Part shown: positions 57,195 through 64,000 of the stretch, one piece after another
Layout: every line of letters begins with the position of its first letter
Numbering within the stretch: position 1 is the stretch's first letter
Assembly: GCA_046339535.1 (NCBI GenBank)
Contig: JBKDUK010000416.1
Location: forward strand, 26,834-90,833
DNA length: 64,000 bases
Reading direction: 5' to 3'
From: Planctomycetaceae bacterium
Lineage (GTDB): Bacteria; Planctomycetota; Planctomycetia; Planctomycetales; Planctomycetaceae
Translations under genes and position numbers: made by a program
Notes under the pieces: generated by a model
Database searches by the model: none
Told to the model about the DNA's origin: nothing
The model's input: only the letters and a program-made list of their open reading frames with translations

Positions 57195-60140
57195 TCATTC
57201 TTCCCGGGACTCTTCCCGGCCCGCTTGGCGCAGCAGGTCCCGACTGGGGTTCCCCAGGAACTCCAGCAGGTCTGCGAGAGATGTCCCGGGAAGCTTCTGT
57301 TCAAATCCTTCGGGCATCAACGATTGACCAGTGCTGCGGACCTCCACGATGCCGGCCACGGGAATCTGCTCCGTACTTCCATCCGCCCGCTTGAGGACCA
57401 GGGTTTGTGCGGTCTCGGCCATAATCAGCCCCGATACCACCACTCCCGATTTCAATTCCACCGACTGGACGACAAAGTTGGGGTTCACCTGGCGATTGGG
57501 ATCGAGCAGGTCAACCAGCACCGCCTCGCGCGGCCGACCCCCGATTCCTGACAGATCCGGCCCCACCGCCCCCCCCTCCCGTTGGACCTGGTGACAGACC
57601 AGACAATGCTGTCGGAACAACCGGGCCCCTGCCAGGGCGTTTCCCCGATGGGAGAGGGCCTCCTGATGAGCGTCCACCACCTGTCGTCGATCGGTGTTCA
57701 CCGCCCGAGCGACTTCCCGGGCAAGCCCCCGCAAATCGACGGAGTCCGACTGCACCAGTGTCACCAAAATGTCGGCCGGGAAATCGGCCGGCGAAATCAT
57801 TCCCTCCCGCCATCCCTCCAACACCATTTGCCCCAGAGCAAGTGAGCGGGCGGCCCCCCGCAACAACTCCCGACGGGCAGGCGTTCCCGCCTCGGTCCAC
57901 ACCCCAAGCAGTTCCTCAACCGAGGACGGCGTCGCCACTTCCCCGATGACAAAGGCGGCCAGCGACTGCACTTCTGCCGGTTGTCCCCGTTTCACCAGAC
58001 GCATCAAATCACGGAGCGTCGCATCAGGCTCGCCCCAGACGAGCAGTCCCAACGGGGCGGCCCACATCGCTGGATCGGCTGGCTTCACCTCCGAATCCAG
58101 CTTTTCCAGCACCATCCGGCGGGCCCAGTCGACCAGGGCCGGGTCCTTCCAGGCCAACGTTGCTTTCAGAGACTTTCCCAGCGGAACTCCACTTTCCGAC
58201 ATCCCCGCGAGAATCCAACCCACACCCGCGGGTTCACTTCGGTCGCGTGCCAGCTGCAACAGATTTTCGAGCCCCTCTGCATCGTGTTCGTCCAGCGGAT
58301 CCACTCCAAGCCGGCGTCCCACTCCACGCAGGAATCGGCTTCGTCCGTCATCGGGACTCAGCCACGCCTGCGGCTCATCACGAACCAGTTGACCCACCAC
58401 ATCCAGCATTTGGCCGGGCGTTCGTGCCGCGACCGCCAGCACCACCTCGGTCAGCGGAGACTCTCCCGGAGCCAGACGAATGAGCGACTTCAGCAGTTCT
58501 CCGCGCTCCTCGTCCTGCCACTTCACCGAAGACAACGCCAACTGGAAGCGGATCAACGACGAACCCTGACCGGCCAGATTCCGACACGTCTGCCGCAGTG
58601 TCTCATCCTGCGGCAGCAGTGACCCGGAAAGGGCAATTCCCTGGCACCGGACCAGATCTGATTCATCGGACAGAGCGCTCTGCAGGTCAGCCACTTTCAG
58701 CTCCCCCAATCCCTCCAGCGTCCACATGGCCTGCAGTCGTCCCTGCGCGGTGGCCGCCGACGACCAGACACGGCGCACGTCACCTGCGAGACGGTGCAGT
58801 CTGCGCTCAACCAGCACACGCCGGGCCGTATCCCGCTGCCAGCCGACAGGATGTTCGAGTCGGGCGACCAGTTCCGACGAAGACAAATCCGCCGGAGGCA
58901 CGGGGGGCTGGCGCGTCTGTCGCTCTCCCCGGCGGGAAACGCGCCAGATGCGGCCATGCTCAGCTCCCTGCCGCCAGTCGATCTCACGGCGTGCCTGTTC
59001 AGAGACCACATAAATCGGATGCTCGACCAAAGGACGGTAGAAATCGCAGAGATACAACGCCCCATCGGGTCCAGTCGCCAGAAACACGGGATGAAACCAC
59101 GAGTCGCTGGAGGCCAGAAAGTCACTTTTGGGATTGGGCCGTTGCGTCCTGGCGACAACGCCGGTCGCATCGAGCTTTCGGCGAATCACGAGGTTGCTCA
59201 GGGACTCTCCCACAAACGCATTCCCCTCGTAGTCGCTCCCCAGAAAAGGGCTGTGCAAAATCGTCAGGCCGCACAGGGCGTTGTAAAAGCTCGCCCGCTC
59301 GGCGTTGAACTGTCGCGGGGGCGGACTGAGAGGAAAGATTTCACCGGAATCTCCGGGCTCGGCGACGTCGACAATCGCCAGCGACGCCAGGTCGGGACAC
59401 GCCTCGAGAAACCAGCCCGGAAGCAATTGCTGTCGAACGGGAATGGTGTTCCAGGAAAGAAACCGCCGGCCCCAATCATCATGGACCTGGCCAAACTGGC
59501 TTTGTCCGACCACGGCTTCAAACGCGGCCGGCTGCAGTCGAAAGCGGAAATCGCGCGACCGGATGGAGATCGCTCCGCCCCCCTCGGGACGAGTCACCTC
59601 TCCATCGTTGCGGCCATTCGCACCGTGGATCCAGTTGTCGGGGCCCCAATGCAGAGCATTCGCTCGCAACTGCTGGGATCCGGGTCGAAAACCTGTCCAG
59701 ACAATCTGGCGTTCATCTGCCTCGCCATCCGCATTGGTGTCGCGCAGCAACCAGATATGCGGAGCATCGGCAACCAGCACCCCCGCCTCGACGGGCATGA
59801 CCGAAGCGGGAAAGTCGAATCCCCCGGCAAACGCCTGGACGTGCTCGTAGCGTCCGTCACGGTCACGATCTTCGAGCCGGGTGATTCGCCCCAGTCCGGG
59901 AGTCTCGGGATAACCAATCATCTCGGCCACATACAGCCGTTGCGAGGCATCCCACGCCAGTGCCACCGGGCTGCGTACCGCCGGCTCACTGGCCACAAGC
60001 TGCACTTCCAACCCGGGATCGTCGAGTACAAACGTACCGACTTCTTCTCCGGGAGGAAGAGGTGATTCTCCCCCGGCTTGAGCCTCCCGGGAAACCACCG
60101 TCAGCAGCAGTGTAAGCAGTCCGAGTCGAATCCAGTGCAT
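57195..60140 (-). CDS. large secreted dehydrogenase-like beta-propeller / HEAT-repeat / C-terminal mono-haem cytochrome c protein
   Basis: ORF 57195..60236 trimmed to MHWIRLGLLTLLLTVVSREAQA (signal). The N-terminal glucose/sorbosone-dehydrogenase-like propeller (VALAWDASQRLYVAEMIGYPE, GPDGALYLCDFYR) is followed by a central repeat-rich (HEAT-like) region. A C-terminal haem motif CLVCHQV precedes a Met-rich region (GQSLMPEGF). Confidence 0.8.
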   Translation of the reverse strand: MHWIRLGLLTLLLTVVSREAQAGGESPLPPGEEVGTFVLDDPGLEVQLVASEPAVRSPVALAWDASQRLYVAEMIGYPETPGLGRITRLEDRDRDGRYEHVQAFAGGFDFPASVMPVEAGVLVADAPHIWLLRDTNADGEADERQIVWTGFRPGSQQLRANALHWGPDNWIHGANGRNDGEVTRPEGGGAISIRSRDFRFRLQPAAFEAVVGQSQFGQVHDDWGRRFLSWNTIPVRQQLLPGWFLEACPDLASLAIVDVAEPGDSGEIFPLSPPPRQFNAERASFYNALCGLTILHSPFLGSDYEGNAFVGESLSNLVIRRKLDATGVVARTQRPNPKSDFLASSDSWFHPVFLATGPDGALYLCDFYRPLVEHPIYVVSEQARREIDWRQGAEHGRIWRVSRRGERQTRQPPVPPADLSSSELVARLEHPVGWQRDTARRVLVERRLHRLAGDVRRVWSSAATAQGRLQAMWTLEGLGELKVADLQSALSDESDLVRCQGIALSGSLLPQDETLRQTCRNLAGQGSSLIRFQLALSSVKWQDEERGELLKSLIRLAPGESPLTEVVLAVAARTPGQMLDVVGQLVRDEPQAWLSPDDGRSRFLRGVGRRLGVDPLDEHDAEGLENLLQLARDRSEPAGVGWILAGMSESGVPLGKSLKATLAWKDPALVDWARRMVLEKLDSEVKPADPAMWAAPLGLLVWGEPDATLRDLMRLVKRGQPAEVQSLAAFVIGEVATPSSVEELLGVWTEAGTPARRELLRGAARSLALGQMVLEGWREGMISPADFPADILVTLVQSDSVDLRGLAREVARAVNTDRRQVVDAHQEALSHRGNALAGARLFRQHCLVCHQVQREGGAVGPDLSGIGGRPREAVLVDLLDPNRQVNPNFVVQSVELKSGVVVSGLIMAETAQTLVLKRADGSTEQIPVAGIVEVRSTGQSLMPEGFEQKLPGTSLADLLEFLGNPSRDLLRQAGREESREE

Positions 60141-60455
60141 GGCGGAATCAATGCGGGGAAGGAAATGCCGGCCCGCAAGATACCGGATTGCCATCTCCAT
60201 GACAGCCAGACTGGCCCACGCGGTCGGCGGCCTCATCCGGGGGAATCAGAATGACAACGCGGGCGTCTGATCCTCATCACAGGATCAAACCCGCATCAAT
60301 CTGCGGAACCGCCTGGAACCAAGGCTGTCTCTGCCGCCGATCCCTCGTGGCCAGACTCACAGCCTGCCCCTGTTGACCTGGCGGAAGACCGGCTAAGCTG
60401 CAAACCGCGGGCTGTTCCCGTTGCCTCCTCTCCGCAGTGCCAAGGCGTCGCTCCG

Positions 60456-61868
60456 ATGAAGATGTTTCTCGCAGGCCAGTGGCAAGACCGACCCCGGTCG
60501 ATCGAAGTCCGCAATCCGTACAACGGCGAGGTGATCGACACGGTGCCTCACGGGACTCCCGACGATGTGAACCTGGCGGTCACCGGGCTGGTCGAAGGGG
60601 CCCGGCTGATGCGTGACATGCCGGCGTATGACCGCTCGGCGATCCTGCGCCGGGCGGCGGTGCTCATGCAGGGACGTGAACCCGAGTTGGGACGCACCAT
60701 CAGCCAGGAAGAGGGCAAGACCCTGGCCGAGGGAACCTTCGAAGCGAGCCGGGCCCGCGAAACGATCGATGTGTCGGCCGATGAAGCCCGCCGTATCAGC
60801 AGCGAAGTCATTCCCCTCGACGCCGCACCGGGAGGGAAGGGAAAACTCGGGTTCACCCTGCGGGTTCCCTGTGGGATTGTGGCGGCCATCACCCCGTTCA
60901 ACTTCCCGTTGAATCTGGTTGCCCACAAGGTAGGACCTGCCCTTGCCGCGGGGAACGCCGTCTGCATCAAGCCGGCCAGCGACACTCCGTTGTCGGCCCT
61001 CACACTGGTGGAAATCCTGCTGGAAGCCGGGCTCCCGCCCCAGGCGATCGCCTGTGTCACGGGGGGAGGCGGCGAATTGGGCAAGGCGCTGTGTACTGAC
61101 CGCCGCATCCGCAAGATCAGCTTCACCGGCAGCTATGCCATCGGCGACGCCATCTGCCGTATGGCGGGGGTCAAGCGGGTCACGATGGAACTCGGCAGCA
61201 ACAGTCCGGTGATCCTGCTCGACGATGCCGACATTGAACAGGCCGCATCCCTCGTCGCCGTGTCGGGTTACTCCAATGCCGGTCAGGTGTGTATCTCGAC
61301 CCAGAGGATTTTGGCCACTCCCCAGGCCTACGGCGAATTTCTCGATGCACTGACCCCCCGGGTCAGAGAGCTGCGGACTGGCAATCCACTCGACCCGGCC
61401 ACCCGGATGGGGCCGATGATTCGCGAACAGGATGCCTGTCGTGTGGAAGCATGGGTCCAGGAAGCGGTCTCCGGCGGGGCCCGGTTGGTCACCGGCGGAA
61501 AGCGGGAGGGGACCCTCTTCGAACCCACGATCCTCGCTGACGTCGCCCCTGGCCTGCGCATCAGTTGTGAGGAGCTGTTTGGGCCCGCCGTCGCGGTGAC
61601 TCGGGTCGACAGTTTCGATGAGGCGATCCGCCTCGCGAACGACAGCCCCTACGGCCTGGCGGCTTCACTCTTCACTCGCGATATCGCGCGTGCCCTACGG
61701 TTCGCCCGGGAAGTGGACAGCGGCAATCTGCATATCAACTGGGGAACCCAGTGGCGGGCCGACCTGATGCCCTACGGGGGTCTGAAAGACAGCGGTCTGG
61801 GAAAAGAAGGACCGCACTACGCCATCCGTGAAATGACCGAAGAAAAGATGGTCGTTATTCACGGCTGA
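60456..61868 (+). CDS. NAD(P)-dependent aldehyde dehydrogenase family protein
   Basis: 470 aa. ALDH signatures are present: catalytic Cys (AGQVCIST), ELGSNSP (ELGG-type Glu motif) and FTGSYAIG Rossmann region. Confidence 0.9.
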   Translation: MKMFLAGQWQDRPRSIEVRNPYNGEVIDTVPHGTPDDVNLAVTGLVEGARLMRDMPAYDRSAILRRAAVLMQGREPELGRTISQEEGKTLAEGTFEASRARETIDVSADEARRISSEVIPLDAAPGGKGKLGFTLRVPCGIVAAITPFNFPLNLVAHKVGPALAAGNAVCIKPASDTPLSALTLVEILLEAGLPPQAIACVTGGGGELGKALCTDRRIRKISFTGSYAIGDAICRMAGVKRVTMELGSNSPVILLDDADIEQAASLVAVSGYSNAGQVCISTQRILATPQAYGEFLDALTPRVRELRTGNPLDPATRMGPMIREQDACRVEAWVQEAVSGGARLVTGGKREGTLFEPTILADVAPGLRISCEELFGPAVAVTRVDSFDEAIRLANDSPYGLAASLFTRDIARALRFAREVDSGNLHINWGTQWRADLMPYGGLKDSGLGKEGPHYAIREMTEEKMVVIHG

Positions 61869-63625
61869 GGGGGGGAGGAGTCCAGCCGTTTCAATCCCGA
61901 CAGCCAGACCCCCTCCCGGGTCGTGCTGACTACGAAATCGGCCGTTGTCAGATTCCGATACTCCGGGGGCAGGTATTCCGGCCGGTTGATCAGCAGCACA
62001 TACTCTGCCTGTTCTGCCTCCCGGGTCCCGAAGGGAACCAACGTCCAACGCTGCTGTCGGCCAACCGGCAATTGTTTCTGGAACTCCCCGGCCTGAGACT
62101 CGTAGAGCGTGGGGGCCAAGGCCAGAGTGCCTCCAGACGGTACATGTTGGTCGATTTCCCGCCACAGGTCGCGAGTCAATCCGTCCCCCCAGTAGCTGGG
62201 GGGCAATCCCAGCGTGACAGCCCCCTTCAGGCCCCCTGCCACCGCGTTGTAATACGAGAGCCAGGCCGGGGACAGCGCCCACAATCCCCACCCCTGGGTC
62301 ACTAACAGCAGCAGACTGACGAACTCAACCACCGCCCGATTTCGCCCCTTGGAGTGCCAGCACACGGCCACTGCTCCCGCTCCGCGTCCAATCAGCAAGG
62401 CCCAGAGGGGAAAGATGATCGAGAACAGACGTTCGCCGTCGTAGACCGCGATCCCGGGAAGACTGAAAACGATCAGGGGAATGGCCAGGCCCAACAGAAA
62501 CAGAGATTCTGCCGCCGCCTTCCGCCAATCCCGCGCGGACTGAATCACTCCCCAGATCCCTACGAGATGTAACCCCAGCGGGACCGTGGTGCCCCACAGA
62601 ACCCACGGGTAGTGCCAAGGAAGGTCCCGATCGGCCCAGGGCTGCCCCACATACCACGCCTTGATCGTCGCCCGGGCGGTGGTCTTGCCGAGGTAGAGCC
62701 GGGCATTCCCGAGGGGATCGTCCCACAGCCAGGGCCAACCCGCGACGAAGACCAGGGCCGCGATTCCTCCCACCATCAGCCCCCAGAGGACGGCCCGGCC
62801 GCGCAGCCAGAACAAACCCCAGATCGCCAGCACGGGCAACAGAAAGATCGCCTGGATCTTGATCAGCCACGCTCCCCCCAGCGCCAGCCCGGTCCACAGG
62901 GCCGAACGGACCAGTCGGGCCGACCACCACCATGTTTCGTTCCCCGGGGCCAGTCGCTGGTTTGATCGGCCAAGGGCATCCCACGCCCCGAGGGCCGCCA
63001 ACAGGGTCACGAGATATCCCAGGTTGATGGCAGTCTCGAGGGAAGCCAAATGCGCATGTCCGAAACTGCGGGGCATCAGGACCAGAGAGAACCCAGCCCA
63101 GATTCCCGCCGCGGGCCCCCACCGGCGAGCTGCCGTCCAACCGACCAAGGCCACCGTCACCCCAAACAACAACGCGGGCATGATCCGCGCACAGGCGATG
63201 GAGTAGGCGGCCCCGGTCTCAGCCGGGGGCCAGAGCATCCAGGCGATCTCATGACCCAACCCCAGAGCGACGCGGCCCAGCGGAGGGTAGTCGGGCAGTG
63301 CCGCATCCACTCGACGGAAACCTGTCAGGTCGAGGTTGAAGACCCGATCCGCGAGCAGCACCCCTTGGGCGACGTTCAGCGGTTCGTCGGTTGTGATGCC
63401 CGGCCCCGACCAGCCTCCCGGATGATCACCTGCCGGATCGAGCTGCAGGGAGACGGCTACGGAGGCCGCCAGTCCCAGCAACCACCAGGGCCATTTCCGG
63501 CTCCACAGCGACCGGTCTGATTTATGCAGCGACTCTGCCGGGTGCGAAGCCATGAGCGAAGTAAACAGGGGGTCGCTTTGGACGATCTCCCGGCCAGGCC
63601 TCGGGACAGCACCGCGCCGGGACAA
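61859..63625 (-). CDS. GT39/GT83-like (ArnT/PMT family) membrane glycosyltransferase
   Basis: 588-aa polytopic protein with an N-terminal loop carrying a DE-type motif (TTDEPLN) typical of dolichyl/undecaprenyl-phosphate-sugar transferases. The alternative start MASHPAES at 63553 is possible. Its 3' end overlaps the aldehyde dehydrogenase stop by 10 nt (convergent). Confidence 0.8.
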   Translation of the reverse strand: MSRRGAVPRPGREIVQSDPLFTSLMASHPAESLHKSDRSLWSRKWPWWLLGLAASVAVSLQLDPAGDHPGGWSGPGITTDEPLNVAQGVLLADRVFNLDLTGFRRVDAALPDYPPLGRVALGLGHEIAWMLWPPAETGAAYSIACARIMPALLFGVTVALVGWTAARRWGPAAGIWAGFSLVLMPRSFGHAHLASLETAINLGYLVTLLAALGAWDALGRSNQRLAPGNETWWWSARLVRSALWTGLALGGAWLIKIQAIFLLPVLAIWGLFWLRGRAVLWGLMVGGIAALVFVAGWPWLWDDPLGNARLYLGKTTARATIKAWYVGQPWADRDLPWHYPWVLWGTTVPLGLHLVGIWGVIQSARDWRKAAAESLFLLGLAIPLIVFSLPGIAVYDGERLFSIIFPLWALLIGRGAGAVAVCWHSKGRNRAVVEFVSLLLLVTQGWGLWALSPAWLSYYNAVAGGLKGAVTLGLPPSYWGDGLTRDLWREIDQHVPSGGTLALAPTLYESQAGEFQKQLPVGRQQRWTLVPFGTREAEQAEYVLLINRPEYLPPEYRNLTTADFVVSTTREGVWLSGLKRLDSSPPQP

Positions 63626-63888
63626 TCAGACGCGAAGATACCGAGCAACCTCACTGGCCTGCCACTTGCCGGTCCGGTTGGTTCCAGGCGGCGGGCCCTT
63701 CGATGAGGGATCCGGATGAAAAAGCGAACCGGCCCGGCTCAGAGTTCTGAGCGGGCCGGTCGGCGAAAACAGCGGTCATCCCGCGTTCGACGGGCAGTCG
63801 GAGGGACCAAACTTCCGGGGCGGGCCGTCCCTGGCTTCGCTGAACTGGTGCCGGAAGTGAACTGCCGCGAACGAAAGACCCCCGATCA

Positions 63889-64000
63889 CTAGGCCAACTG
63901 CTTGCGGCGGCTGACCAGGGTGCGAATCCGTTCGGCCAGCAGGGCCGTGTCGAATGGTTTCCGGAAGGTTTCGCTGAAGATCGAACGGTCGAAACCGCTC
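63889..64000 (-). CDS. C-terminal end of a response-regulator receiver domain (partial, runs off window end)
   Basis: Minus-strand translation of the last 110 nt gives ...GFDRSIFSETFRKPFDTALLAERIRTLVSRRKQLA*. The KPFD...L...I motif is the conserved end of CheY-like receiver domains. Confidence 0.45.
   Translation of the reverse strand, partial: SGFDRSIFSETFRKPFDTALLAERIRTLVSRRKQLA

Overview
This 64-kb window is high-GC (about 60-65 %), densely coding bacterial chromosome, with about 50 protein genes on both strands. The gene content points to a Planctomycetota-type genome. Evidence for that is two DUF1549/DUF1553 planctomycete-cytochrome proteins paired with DUF1501 genes, a BlaI/BlaR1 pair, several Tat-signal enzymes, and a very large dehydrogenase-HEAT-cytochrome c protein. 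I found no rRNA, tRNA, CRISPR array, transposase or integrase. The housekeeping and metabolic genes present include rpmB-gatC, apbE, cinA, glgB, hemY/cgoX, amtB, aldehyde dehydrogenase and class-III aminotransferase. Four things stand out. (1) A conserved 'cfa / DUF1295 / cfa / DUF1365 / FAD amine-oxidase' membrane-lipid cluster lies next to a non-ECF sigma-70 family factor and a divergently transcribed CarH/LitR-like MerR + B12-binding photoreceptor regulator, with a triple AAAATCGTT repeat in the shared promoter region. I propose this is a light/B12-gated photo-oxidative stress module. (2) A Mn-type ABC-3 metal uptake operon in which the first permease is fused at its C-terminus to a complete DtxR/MntR repressor (HTH + metal-binding + FeoA/SH3), with a second stand-alone MntR-like regulator divergently upstream. 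(3) Two otherwise intact conserved genes are each broken by a single in-frame stop: TGA exactly where the lipoprotein/signal-peptidase Cys of the metal-binding protein should be, and TAG where a Tyr is expected in a flotillin/SPFH gene. (4) A roughly 1-kb lower-GC islet with an orphan ORF, and a SMP-30 lactonase-esterase fusion protein. Coordinates read off the printed sequence may be off by 1 nt in places. CDS coordinates are anchored on the supplied ORF track.
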